DNA from: Mobula hypostoma
Taxonomy: Eukaryota
Assembly: GCF_963921235.1 (NCBI RefSeq)
Contig: NC_086097.1
Location: 141,734,001 to 141,798,000, forward strand
DNA: 64,000 nt
Direction: 5' to 3'
Made by a program: the position numbers and the translations under genes. Positions 13,178 to 26,700 of this stretch are shown piece after piece. Under the pieces are notes generated by a model. That model saw nothing but the letters and a program-made list of their open reading frames with translations. It did no database searches and was not told the DNA's origin. How positions within the stretch are numbered: position 1 is the stretch's first letter; each line of letters starts with the position of its first letter.

Positions 13178-13260
13178 CTTGCCACGAAAACTCTATGGAC
13201 GATACACTATCCATAGGGTTGCCATGAGCCGACAACGACTCGATGGCACTCAACAACACC
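13178..13260 (+). mobile_element. 3' end of an RTE/BovB-type SINE or LINE
   Basis: ccttgccacgaaaac...ccatagggttgccatgagccgacaacgactcgatggcact(caa)n resembles the recalled RTE/BovB-related 3' tail. Confidence 0.55.
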
Positions 13261-13443
13261 ACCTATTGAAAATTGAAATGAGCAATTCTTTACTTTAAAG
13301 GTGATGAATTTTGGGAATCTATTCACAAGAAAGCTGTGGAGGCTCAGTGACTTTGTATTTTCAAGACTGAGTTTGGTAGGTATTTTTAAACGCAAACAAC
13401 AGGAATTCTGCAGATGCTGGAAATTCAAGCAACATACATCAAA

Positions 13444-13527
13444 AATTTTTTTGTGGGAGACAATGGCCTGGTGCTCCTTAGTGGGAATTTTTTTGTGGGA
13501 GACAATGGCCTGGTGCTCCTTAGTGGG
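13444..13527 (+). repeat. Perfect 2 x 42 bp tandem duplication inside a small complex insertion
   Basis: aatttttttgtgggagacaatggcctggtgctccttagtggg occurs twice in tandem. Confidence 0.95.
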
Positions 13528-14959
13528 CTTTTTGATGTATGTTGGTAGGTATTTTTCCTTTTTAGAAAATTCAGAGATTGAATTGTGTGAGAAAGTGGCA
13601 CTAAGCAAGGAAGCATGATCTTGAATGGCAAAGCAGTCATTGGGGGCTGATTGCTTATTGCTATTTATGTTCTTTTGACTGATCTATTTGGCAGAAGACA
13701 TTAAGGCCCTTAAAATGTTAACTATATTTTTCTTTCTCTGAATACTGACTGATATGATGAATATTTTCAGCATTTCTCTTTTGTTTCAAATTTCCATTAT
13801 CTGTTTGATATTTTCAATAGACATGGCAGTGTTGTCATTATTACATGTACAAACTAAGGTTGGATAGCATTAACAGGCAACAAATTTAATATTTCCTTTG
13901 CTCCCTTTTTACTGGATACTAAGACTACTTGTGTAGATGCACTGAGGTCCAGTTTATTCTATACAGATTGAAGGACATGAGTGGAGGGGAGAGTTCCCTC
14001 AAAAAATTTTAGAGCAGAAGAAATGACAGAATACAGGATTGCAAGCATTGTCAGATGTTAGTGGAGAGTGTGCTTGTATTTTTTTGTATTCAATATGAAG
14101 GTTAGTGATGTTAATTCAGTGAATAATTTAAGATTTATGTGAAATGGTGAAGATAGTTAAGGTTGAGTAAGTTGGTGGGAGAAAGAAAAAAGAGGTTAGA
14201 ACCAGGTTAGGTCATGAAATAGGTGGAAGTGTGCATTGATTCTGAATAGGAAGAGATTAGAAGTACTTCAGTGTCCGGGCATTTGTTGGAAGTTAATTTG
14301 CTTGGCATTTCAAGATTTCTATAGGAATGTTTATACAAAAGCCATTGCACTGCAGTAGTAGAATGTGATGTTCATCTCACAACCTGCCAGTCAGGGGTTT
14401 AATACAAATCAGTGAGGATCCTTGCCTCGTAGACAATGAGATATTTGAGCATGGTGAGCCAAGAGACCTTGGCTTTGGATGAGATAAAAATGAACATGGT
14501 TTCTCTTTTTGGAAAATGGCATTTTAGAAAAGTAAATGATACAGAATGTGTCCTTTGTTCTGAAATCCGTTTTCTTTTCTCTCATAGAATGAAATATGGG
14601 CAGTATTTGGTGAGGACATGTATTCCCAGAAAATGTTGTCTTCCTATATGGCTTTTAAATATTATATGCCTGTGGGCTAGCAGCATGCAGATCGGGTTCT
14701 GGTTAAACAAAACAACTTCGCAACAGCTGCTTAATTTAATAGCACATGGAGAAGGTAAGCTATTTTTTTTAAAAAAAGAATTTACATTAAGCATTTTAAG
14801 GTTGTATGGAAGAGTTGAAAAAATGTATTGTGAAGGAAATCTTGTTCTGATTGAAAATGAGGCAGATTTACTTTTAGTTGAAGTGACATTGTTTTTCAGT
14901 TGTGGGTAATACTGGCATTTAATAATTTCCAGGTTGTAACACCTGTAATAGTCTTAATA

Positions 14960-15500
14960 ACACCATAAGACCTAGAAGCAGAATTGGATTTATTAGGCCC
15001 ATCCAGTCTGCTCTACAATTCGATCATGGCTGATTTATTATCCCTCTCAATTCCACTCCTGCATTTTCCCTGTAACCTTTGATGCCCTTGCTAATCAAAA
15101 ACATCTATCTCAATTTTAAGAATACCCAATGACTTGGCCTCCACAGCCATCTGTGGCAATGAATTCCACAGATTCACCACTTTCTGGCTAAGGAAATTCC
15201 TTTTTTATTCTGTGGCCGCGCTGTCTGGTCCTAGCCTCTTGCATTATTGGAAACATCCTCTCCAGGTGTTTCAATATTCACTAGGTTTAAATAAGATCTC
15301 CACCACCCCCCCCCCATTCTTCTAAACTCCAGTGAGTACAGATCCAGAGCCATCAAACTTTCCTCTTTCATTCCCAGAATTATTCTCACCAAACCTCTTT
15401 TTAAACTGTTCCAATGTCACCACATCCTTTCTTAGATATGGGGTCCAAATGTGTTCTGACCAATGCACCAAAAAGCTTCAGTATTACATCCTTGCCGCTT
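14960..15500 (-). mobile_element. Decayed CR1 3' fragment
   Basis: Reverse complement resembles the CR1 3' ends at 23790-24050 and 45380-45665. Confidence 0.7.
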
Positions 15501-17788
15501 TATTCAAATCCTCCAATTTTTAAAAATGAGTGTTTTGAGGATTATATCACATTCTTGTTCCACTGTTCCTGGAGTCATGGAAAATTGACCCAAGGAGGAC
15601 ATTGTGCCTAGTTTCACTTTGCAGTACAAGGTTCATTGACCTCTAAGTACAATCAACTATGATTCGCATGTGGTGAGAGATTCTGCCCCAACTAGCCTTT
15701 CAAAAAGAGTCTTAACCTTTACCATTTTCCAGAGGGAAAAACATTGCAGAACAAATACTTAAAATGTATGCCCCCAGCTTTTGACTCCTTTTATAAAACA
15801 AATGGATCCTTTCTGTTTACATAGCCCCTCAAAAGTTGACACATTTTAATTAAATGTTCTCTGTCCTTGAATTGTAATTCCCCAAATGCATCAGCTTGCA
15901 CTTAACTAGATTAAGTTCTATTTACAATTTTCTGGCTCAAGTGAACAGATCATCCCCACTTTTCTGCAGTTTAAAGCTTTTCCCTCCATGTCAATCACAA
16001 GGCAATGGTTCTAGGATTGTCCCCCAGGATTTCATTCCAACATTTAGCAGAATGGTAATCTATGTCCACATTGAGGTGGTGTGACACTTTGGTTTGTTAA
16101 GAGCTGGTGTTCCATGTACATATTGCTTTCATTAATTTAGGTGAAAAATTGTGATTTGTGAACTGATGCTGGAAAAGCCTTGGTAATTTGTTTCTGTGTG
16201 TTCCATGGGTAGTATAGACTCCTTGGTGGCTTTGGAGGAAATGTTTGTCTGATATTGATGGTCTGCTAGATGAGTACTGTGTGTCTGATGGAACATAAAT
16301 GGCAAAGCTTCTGTTTAAATTGTACTTGTGTTTATAATTGTATGTTTTGCCTCAGATTATTTTGAAACTGTGAAATAGAACAGCACCTGATTGTGAGTTT
16401 GTATAAATGATTTGGCTTGATAGGATGCTTCAGAGAGAGTTGAAACCAAGCCAGATTGATGTAAGATTGGAGTTGGGTTTCATGAAGGACTCTTGCAAAT
16501 CCAGTAACGTTTGAATGATCAAAAAAGTTCATTTTTTTCCTTGCTGATGGTCTTGTAATTTAACCATTATGCAATTATATTGTGCCATAACCCATAATCA
16601 GACAGTTTGTCTTTGTCAATCAATCATTGTGGAGGAAAAAAAATTTGGTGGGGGGTGGTGGTTTCAATACTTTGTATGCCTTTTGGATCAGTGAGATTTT
16701 CATCTAATTAGAGCCACTTTTTAGATTAGACCCTAGATTATGTATTTAATCTGTTGCAACCTTTATCAGACAGAATACTAGTACATGTCATTTCTACCCT
16801 GTCATAGTAGATTTGGTTCAAGTAGGGCCAATCCAAACTGGGTTCACAAAAGGATCTGGAATGAGAAAAAAATATTGACCAAATTGAAGGTTTTTGGGTC
16901 AAGTTGGAATGTTTGTGTCATAATTTCTATGCAAACACCACAGTGGAGGGTGAAGAAGGTTGCATGTTCAATTTTAAAAATTGTTTGGGAAATCCATTTT
17001 TTTTGGCATGGAAATTTATTAAGATGAAATTGCTTATTTTTGGAAAACAGTTGAGAAGTTCAGAGAGATGGAATCAAGTGTGATCCAGGTTGCATGACAG
17101 GATGTGCTCCCTGACATTTTCTGTCAATGTAGGTAATTTTATCAGATTTTAAATGAGCTTTGTTGTTTGTTTTGGCAGAAGTGGGATTTATGAACAAATC
17201 CATTGAAATATTGCCTGTATCAGTTGGTCCTGATTCTAGGTAGAGTCAGTGAACAAATGATTTTAGTTCCTCTGATCGAGGAATGGCATTTGCTGAATTT
17301 CCAGGAAGTGGTTGTTGATCATGGTCCAACAGCTCATTGCTTCTATGAGAATCCAGATCTATGTTGCTTTTTATCAAGTATGGCCATTGTACATAAATTG
17401 ATGGCACCCATTATAGCTATGTGGTAATGTATTGGTAATCTTTCTGGACTTTTACCTGAAGAAAGAGAATATACAATATTATGGTTGGCGGCTGTCTGTA
17501 GAAATTGCCATAAAAGTTTACATTATTAGTCAATTAAACTAACTTGCAATTTGGCTTGGGCTCTGATTCAGACTCACACCTTTGTCAAATTAGGACAGTT
17601 CATGATGAATAGGTAATTAGATGACTGATTTATGTATTTGTAATGAATGGGAATTCCAAATGTTAGCTCTGGTTGATCTTTTCCTTGAAAGCCAGCTTCA
17701 GTTCACATTTAGTTGATTGCACGAGTGATGTTTTTATCTAGCCCCTAGATGCATGTTGGAATCAATAAAAGATAAATGCAGTGTCCCT

Positions 17789-17801
17789 CCACTAGGTGGT
17801 G
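17789..17801 (+). promoter_or_regulatory. Candidate CTCF core motif in unique sequence
   Basis: CCACTAGGTGGTG resembles the CTCF consensus CCAC(C/T)AG(G/A)(G/T)GGC; motif match only. Confidence 0.35.
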
Positions 17802-19127
17802 AGCAAGACCATGTATTGCTTCAATGTCAGTCTTGCCTCATTTGTTAATTTGGTAGTATTTTGACTTGGGTTAAGAGTCATGAGGAGACACAATCCCCTT
17901 AATTTGACCTGGCAACACACAAATGGGAGAGTGTTGAACTGTTGTAAGTGTTGTTTTCAAATGAAATGTTGAGACTGAAGCCCTAAAGATGAATGCACAG
18001 GATGATATTTCTTATATTAAGAAAGAATATAATGTTCCCATTTCATTAAAGAGAAAATATTGTGGATACTTGGGTAACAAAAGCATGCTTATAGAAACCA
18101 CTAACATTTCCATCTGTGAACTTTGATCTAAACTAACATCTCCAGATTTTTTTTTAAGTTACTGTTTTGTGAGAATTGCTATTAATGTATTTTGAACAAA
18201 CAGTGGATTTTATGTGTAAACCACTGATGCTGTAAATATGAAATATAAACTGAAAATGCTGGACATATACAGTAATCTGTTGGAATCTTTTAAGAAATTG
18301 GGGTTTGGATGATTGGAATTTATGAAATGCATCCAAAAGGGATTTTAAAACATTATGTCGGGAGTTCTGAGGAAAGGGCTGAACTCAACCATAGCGAATG
18401 AGGATGTACAAGCAGTGGAAATGTCTGGAGGAACATTCGGTAGTTTCAGTGTAGTCATGGATGTAGACAAGGTTGGTCTTGGAGATGAGGTTTCAAATTG
18501 AGGAAGGGCGAAAATTATGGAGGCAGGCCAATTTTTTGTAGTTTGTCTAGGCTTTTGACAACATCCCACTGCAAGGGTAAAGAGACCCTGTTGGGAGTTA
18601 TGTACAGGCTGCTGTATGGTAGCCAGGATGTAGGATGTGAATATCAATAGGAACTAGAAAAGGCATGTAAAAAAAGGGTAATGTTACAATAGTTATGGGG
18701 GATTTCAATATGCAAGTAGATTGGGGGAAGAAACAGGTTGCTGCTGGATCCCTAGAGGGGGAATTTATAGAATGTCTATGAGATGGCTATTTAGAGCAGC
18801 TTGTGGTTGAGCTCATTAGAGGAAATGCAGTTCTGGATTAGGTGTTGTGTAATGTCCAGATTTAGATTAGGGAGCTTAAGGTAAAAGAACCCTTAAGAAG
18901 CAGTGATCGTAATATGATAAAATTCATTTGAGGGGGAGAAGATAAAAGCCAAACGCCAAACATATCAGTATTTCAGTGGAGTACAGGGAGAGGGGAGCTG
19001 GCCAAAGTTGATTTGAAGGAGACGCTAGCAGGGATGGTGGCAGAACAGCAATGTTTGGAGTTTCTGGGAGCAATTCGGAAGGTGCAGGATAGATACACAC
19101 CAAATATGAAGAAGTATTTTATTGGGA

Positions 19128-22100
19128 AATAGTATTTAGAAATAGTAACATAGCGCAAATCAACACATGGCTGAAGACATGGTGCAGGAGGGAGGGCTTC
19201 AGATTTATAGATAATTGGGCAGTTTTCCAGGGAAGGTGGGACCTGTTCCAGCGGGATGGTTTACATCTGAACTGGAGGGGGACAAATATTCTTGCAGGTA
19301 GGTTTGCTAGAGAGGCTCCGGTGGATTTAAACTAGATACAAGGGAGGAGGGGAACCAGAGTGTAGGAACAGATGTAAGGGAGAAGGAAGAAAAAGAAAAT
19401 AATGAAGTTGTTTGCACTGTTAGTGATAAACAGAGTAAGAGAAAATTTCTTAAATGCATTTATTTTAATGCCAGGAGTATTATAAGAAAAGTGGATGAAC
19501 TTAAAGCATGGCTTGATACCTGGAAGTTGATATGGTAGCTATTAGTTTACAGGAAGGGTGAGATTGGCAACGAAATATTCCTGGATTTAATTGCTTCAGG
19601 TGTGATAGAATCGGAGGGACAAGGGGGGAGGTGTTGCATTGCTTGTCAGAGGAAATATTACCGCGGTGCTCTGGCAGGATAGATTAGAGGGCTTGTCTAG
19701 GGAGGCTATTTGGGTGGAACTGAGGAATGGGAAAGGTGTAGTAACACTTATGGTGGTGTATTATAGACCACCAAATGGGGAGCGAGAATTGGAGGAGCAA
19801 ATTTGTAAGGAGATAGCAGATGTTTGTAATAAGCACAAGGATGTGATTGTAGGAGATTTTAATTTTCCACACATAGACTGGGAAGCCCATACTGTAAAAA
19901 GGCTGGATGGTTTGGAGTTTGTAAAATGTGTGCAGGATAGTTTTTTTGCAGCAATACATAGAGGTACCAACTAGAGGAGGGGCAGTATTGGATCTCCTGT
20001 TGGGGAATGAGATGGGTCAGGTGATGGCGGTTTGTGTTGGAGAGCACTTCGGGTCCAGTGATCACAATGCTATTAGTTTCAATATAATGGAGAAGGATAG
20101 GTCTGAACCCAGGGTTGAGAGTTTTGATTGGAGAAAGGCTAACTTTGAGGAGATGCTTAAGGATTTAGAAGGAGTGGATTGGTACAATTTGTTTTATGGG
20201 AAGAATGTAATAGAGAAATGGAGGTCATTTAAAGGTGAAATTTTGAGGGTACAGAATCTTTATGTTCCTGTTAGGTTGAAAGGAAGGGTTAAAAGTTTGA
20301 CAGAGCCATGGTTTTCAAGGGATATTGGAAACTTGGTTCAGAAAAGGAGAGATATCTACAATAAATATAGGCAGCATGGAGTAAATGAGGTGCTCGAGGA
20401 ATATAAAGAATGTAAAAAGAATCTTAAAGAAATTAGAAAAGCTAAAAGAAGATATGAGGTTGCTTTGGCAAGTAAGGTGAAAATAAATCCAAAGGGTTTC
20501 TACTGTTATATTAATAGCAAAAGGATAGTGAGGGATAAAATTGGTTCCTTAGAGAATCAGAGTGGACAGCTATGTATGGAGCCAAAAGAGATGGGGAGAT
20601 TCTGAACAATTTCTTTTCTTCGGTATTCAATAAAGAGAAGGATATTGAATTGTGTAAGGTAAGGGAAACAGGTAGGGAAGTTAGGGAAACTATGATGATT
20701 AAAGAAGAGGAAGTACTGGCGCTTTTAAGGAATATAAAAGTGGATAAGTCTCCAGGTCCTGACAGGATATTCCCAAGGACCTTGAGGGAAGTTAGTGTAG
20801 AAATAGCAGGGGCTCTGACAGAAATATTTCAAATGTCATTAGAAACGGGAATGGTGCCGGAAGATTGGTGTATTGCTCATGTTGTTCCATTGTTTAAAAA
20901 GGGTTCTAAGAGTAAACCTAGCAATTATCGGCCTGTGAGTTTGACGTCAGTGGTGGGTAAATTGATGGAAAGTATTCTTAAAGATGGTTATACAATTATC
21001 TGGATAGACAGGGTCTAATTAGGAACAGTCAACATGGATTTGTGCATGGAAGGTCATGTTTGACAAATCTTATTGAATTTTTTTTGAAGAGGTTACTAGG
21101 AAAGTTGACTGGGGTAAAGCGGTGGATGTTGTCTGTATGGACTTCAGAAAGGCCTTTGACAAGGTTCCACACAGAAGGTCAGTTGGGGAGGTTCAATCGT
21201 TAGGTATTAATATTGAAGTAGTAAAATGGATTCAGCAGTGGCTGGATGGGAGATGCCAGAGAGTAGTGGTGGATAACTGTTCGTCAGATTGGAGGCCGGT
21301 GACTAGTGGTGTGCCTCAGGGATCTGTACTGGGTCAAATGTTGTTTGTCATATACATTAATGATCTGGATGATGGGGTGTTAAATTAGATGAGTAAGTAT
21401 GCAGATGCTACTAAGATAGATGGAGTTATGGATAATGAAGTAGGTTTTCAAAGCTTGCAGAGAGATTTAGGCCAGTTAGAAGAGTGGGCTGAAAAATGGC
21501 AGATGGAGTTTAATGCTGATAAATGTGAGGTGCTACAATTTGGTAGGACTAATCAAAATAGGACAGACATGGTAAGTGGAAGGGCATTGAAGAATGCAGT
21601 AGAACAAAGGGATCTAGGAATAATGGTGCATAGTTCCCTGAAGGTGGAATCTCATGTGGATAGGGTGGTGAAGAAAGCTTTTGGTATGCTGGCCTTTATA
21701 AATCAGAGCATTGAGTATAGGAGTTGTGATGTAATGTTGAAATTGTACAAGGCATTGGTGAGGCCAAATTTGGAGTATTGTGTACAATTTTGATCACCGA
21801 ATCATAGGAAAGATGTCAACAAAATAGAGAGAGTACAGAGAAGATTTACTAGAATGTTACCTGGGTTTCATCACCTAAGTTACAGAGAAAGGTTGAACAA
21901 GTTGGGTCTTTATTCTTAGGAGCGTAGAAGGTTGAGGGGGGACTTGATAGAGGTATTTAAAATTATGAGGGGGATTGATAGAGTTGACTTGGATAAGCTT
22001 TTCCCATTGAGAGTGGGGTAGATTCAAACAAGAAGACATGAGTTGAGAGTTAAAGGGCGGAAGTTTCGGGGTAACATGAGGGGGAACTTCTTTACTCAGA

Positions 22101-22319
22101 GAGTGGTAGCTGTGTGGAACGAGCTTCCAGCAGAAGTGGTTGAGGCAGGTTTGATGTTGTCGTTTAAAGTTAAATTGGATAGCTATATGGACAGGAAAGG
22201 AATGGAGGGTTATGGGCTGAGTGCAGGTTGGTGGGACTAGGTGAGAGTAAGAGTTTGGCACGGACTAGAAGGGCTGAGATGGCCTGTTTCCGTGCTGTAA
22301 TTGTTATATGGTTATATGG
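19128..22319 (+). mobile_element. Younger CR1: ORF1 esterase C-terminus, near-complete frameshifted ORF2, (TTATATGG)n tail
   Basis: DGLHLN (SGNH esterase), [37 protein letters not shown] and YADAT motifs; tail at 22304-22319; possible TSD TGGGA at 19123 and 22317. Confidence 0.95.
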
Positions 22320-23704
22320 GAGGATGAGGTAACTGGCTGACAAGGGAAGTCAAAAAAATCATAAAAGGTAATAAGTAGGAAGTTACAGTATCGGGAAGCT
22401 TTTAAAAATCAACAGAAAGCAACTAAAAAATGAGGAAAAAAAGATGAAAAATGATGGTAAACTCGCCAATAATATAAATGAGGATACCAAAGATTTTTTC
22501 TAGACAGCTAAGGAGTAAGAGAGGCAAGAGTGACTATTGGACCCCAGGAAAGTGATGCTGGAGAGGTAGCAATGGGGGGGGGGGGGCAAAGAAATGTCAG
22601 ACAAATTTAATAAGTATTTTGCAACAATCTTCACTGTGGAAGACACGAACAGGAGGCCAGGAATTCAGGAGTGTCTTGGGGCAGAGTTGAATGTAGTTAC
22701 TGTTGAATGTAGCTACTGGGAGAAGGTGCTTAGAAGGCTGAAAGGTCTGAAGGTAGCTAAATCACCAGGACCAGATGGACTACATCCCAGGGTTCTGAAA
22801 GAGGTGGCTGAAGAAATTGTGGAGGTATTAGTGATGATCTTTCAAGAATTATTAGGACTGGAGGACTGTAAAAATGTCACTCCACTCGTCAAGAGAGGCA
22901 GAAGAAAGGAAATTATAGCCAGTTAGCCTGACTTCAATGGTTGTGAAGATGTTGCAGTCCATTATTAAGGTTGAGGTTTTGGGTTACCTACAGGCACATG
23001 ATAAAGTAGGCCAAAGTCTTTTCTTTAAGGAGAAATTAAGCCTGACAAATCTGTTGGAATTCATTGAGGAAATAACTGGCAGGATTGACAAAGGAGAGTC
23101 AGTGGATGTTGTTTACTTGGATTTTGAGAAGGCCTTTGACAAGGTGCTGTACGTCAGTTTGCTTAACGAAATAAGAGCCCATGGTATTACAGGAAAGATA
23201 CAAGCATAGATAGATGATTGGCTGACTGGCAGGAGGCAAGAGAGTTAGAATAAAGAGGACCTATTCTGGTTGGCTGCCAGTAACATGTGGAACTACTTCT
23301 TTTCATGTTATATGTCAACATTTGGTTGATGGAATGCTCTGAGCTGAGGCTGTGGCCTGCTCCAGCTATGTCTATGGACTCTTTTTTTGTTCTGAATACT
23401 ATTATCTAAGAATACTATTATCTAATACTATTATCTAAGAAAAGATGTGCTGCGATTAGAGGGGGTCAAGAGGAGATTCATGAAAATGATTCCAGGAATG
23501 AAAAAGTGAATGTATGAAGAGCATTGATGGCTCTGGGCTTGTACTCAGTGGAGTTTAGAAGAATGTGTTGTGGGGGGGGGGTAAGGGAGGGATGGAATCT
23601 CCTTGAAACTTATTGAATTTTTAAAGACAGATCGAGTGGATGTGGTGAAGATGCTTCCTGTAGTTGGTGAGTCTAGGACCAGATGGCACAGCCTTAGAAT
23701 AGAA

Positions 23705-23782
23705 CAGGGGTTCCCAACCTGGGGTCCATGGACACTGGTTATTGGTAGGGGTCCATGGCATAAAAAAGGTTGGGAACCTCTG
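23705..23782. mobile_element. 78-bp hAT (Charlie-like) MITE
   Basis: TIRs caggggttcccaacct / aggttgggaacctctg; 8-bp TSD gaatagaa / gaatagag. Confidence 0.9.
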
Positions 23783-26700
23783 GAATAGAGGGACATCCAT
23801 TTATAACAAATGAGGAGGAATTTTAGTAGCAGATGGTAGTGAATCTGTGGAATTCATTACCACGGATGGCCATCGAGGCCAAGTCATTCAGTATATTTAA
23901 AGCAGAGGTTGATAGGTTCTTCATTAGTATGGGCATCAAAGTTTACGGGGAGAAGGCAGGAGAATGGTCCTGAGAGGGATAAAAATCAGTCATGATGGAA
24001 TGGCAGGGTAGTCTTTATGGGCCAAGTGACCTAATTCTGCTCCTCTGTCAAATTAGGCTGACCCTGAAAGTTAGAGCACATGGGATCAAGGTGTGTTGGC
24101 AAACTGGATCCAAACTGGTTTGGTGATTCAGATGCAGAGATTAGAAGTTGAAGGGTGTGTTTCTGATTGGTAACAGACTTCTAGTGGTGTATTGCATTGA
24201 TTAATACTAGGATTGTTGTTTTATATAATAATGAAAAAGCAGGTTGACGGAGTAATCTTAGTGACACTGAAATGTGAAAGCAATTTGATACATTACATAG
24301 GGTTTCTATTCAAACTGCCTCTGTTTATCCTGCTGTTAGCTATTTTATGACTCTTGGAGGCTGTCTTTGTATTTCCAAATAAACAACTTAACAACATGTT
24401 TAATTGTGTTGTCAACTGTGGATTTGTCACTATTGCAACTGGTATGTTGCAATAACCATGGGTGTTATCTTGCAGATATTGCATGAGATCAGTTTCTAGA
24501 AAATGTGGATTCATCTGGCAAATATCATGGTGGGAGTCCTGGTTTTGCCATGTGTGATTTATGTACTTAGTTAATTTCTCATGCCTCGTTGGGTTGAATA
24601 AGAAATATTTTTCTATCCATCCCACTCACTGTGCTAATAAAAGTGGAAAAAAATACAGATGCTGGAAATTTGAATCTCAAGTATCAGTGGCAATGGATTG
24701 TGAAATTTTTCTTCTTGCATATTCATTGTCAAATCTTTAAACCACTTGAAGATGCTGTCCATTAAGTATCATTGCAGACAGGCACAAAAATGTATGTCTG
24801 GAAAATGAATTTGACTTTTAGAAACACTAGGTGTATGTGGTGCAGAAAATGTAGGTCTCATTTGTAAAATTGTGTTAGAATAGTCTTATATGCACCTGGA
24901 GCTGTGTGAATTATTTTGTTAGATACTGACAAATCTTCCACACATGATTGTGACATTCTCGTTATTTTATTCATGTACGTATATTGTTTCTGATTTATTT
25001 CTGCTTTTTCTTTTGAGAGTAAGGGCACTGCAGATATGGCTTTTCCTATTCTGATGAAGAGTCATTGACCTGAAAAATGTTTCTTTCCTCACTGATGTAT
25101 CATCTGCTAAATCTTCTGGCATTTGCTGTTTCTGTTTCAGGCTCCCAGCATCTGCAGTTTTTCACTTGATGTGCCATTTCCTGTCAAGAGTTCAATTCAC
25201 TAGGTGCTATGTTTAAAAATGCCTGTCCTCACCCAACCCCCTCCCCCCCACCCCAGTCATTCTCCTCAGCTACAAGTCCTTGTGTGTATTTTTTTCATGA
25301 AGTAACACCTGTAATTGGATTCTCGATATATCGGTCAGGCTTATTCGTTTGGATAAACTTTGCCACATAGCAAAAGAAACCTTGCTTGTATTCCATTTAT
25401 CTATTGCATGAAGAGCAATTCCATGTCCTAATAAGGAAAATCTAACACTTTTCTGCATCTCTCAAAGTAAATGCAAGTGAATGAGAATTGTTTTCTGGAG
25501 CTCCTGCTTTAATTTGAGCCAATCCTTTTTGGCCTGTTGTGCATTCACATGATTGAGGGTGTCATTTTTTTTTGCAAGGTCATGGTGGCGTGATAAGGCT
25601 TTCAACGTAAACAGGAACTGTAGTAGAGACTGAAAACGTTCAATACCCAGTCACTGGAAACAGCAGAGCCTGTCTCTGCTCCTTTGACTTGCTGTACTTT
25701 GAAAATCATCTCAGTTTTAGAGAGGAGCGATTTCTATAATGTAGGAGATGCTGATTATAAATGTTCATTTCTAATATTTATTCTTAATATCCATATTTAT
25801 TACTTGTCCTTCATCAGTTTTTTTACGTAACTCACATTGCGTTTATATGAAAGTGAGCATAATTCTCCAAGTTGGGTTTTGTCCTTTATTACCTTTTTAG
25901 ATTTGTGGAAAGTCAGTCAGTGAAGCAATTAATAAACTGATACTGCTTGTATTTTGAAAATAGTCATTCATGGTTTCAAATATAAGCACCCTCCTCCTCA
26001 GTGCTCCTTAAGTTCCGCTTTGAACTCCACAAATATTTTAATCAAAAACAAGGTGCTACAAGCATTAAATAAGTCAGGTATTATTAGTGGAGAGAGAAAT
26101 TGGAAATTGGTTTGGGTTGAAGACCTTTTGGCAAAAGAGTCTTTGACCTGAAATGTTAATACTTTTTCTTTCCACGTGTTGCTTGAGTGTCTCAGGCATT
26201 TTCAGGTTTTGTTTGAGACTTACAGTATTTTGGAGTTTTTATTTTCATTTACCAAAGCAGCCTGGCCTACTCCCCTGCTTTAATTGTTTGGGGATGAGAT
26301 CTGCTTATTTCAAAATCCATGTTCACTTTCATATTTAAGATACCACCTTCCTAACTTTGTCAAGTCTGATTAAAGCCTTTGCATTTCTGACTCTAATTTT
26401 AGTATCCCCACCATTGTCCTGCATGAGCTGTAGATGTGCTGTTTTGATTGTGACATGCTGCTGCAAAACAACAATTTCATTTCATATAAGACGATGATTC
26501 TGTTAAGACCTTCAATTTATGTCTTGGAATACTGACCATGTTTCCTCATTAAAACTCTGAGACCAAGGTAGTGGGAAGTTTGACCAAAAGTTTGAGTGAA
26601 ACTATTGGGCAGAAAGGAAATTGAGGTATATATGTTCAATGAAAGAATCAAAAGTCATCCAGTGCTGGGATTAAAGAAGAAAAATAGTGAGAAAGTTCTC

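Larger units (their letters stand above)
18640..24050 (+). mobile_element. Older CR1 (18640-19127 and 22317-24050) split by a younger CR1 and a MITE
   Basis: MGDFNM, KSPGPDGLHPRVLKEVA and YLDFEKAFDKV motifs; sequence continuity aagtattttattggga|ggatgagg across the insert. Confidence 0.85.

Noticed and set aside
14436..14909. 157-aa ORF with an internal AG|GTAAGC
   Set aside because: Composition resembles random AT-rich sequence and no family is recognised.
19639..22240. Intact, active CR1 ORF2
   Set aside because: Broken into several ORFs by frameshifts and stops; the catalytic YADD reads YADA.
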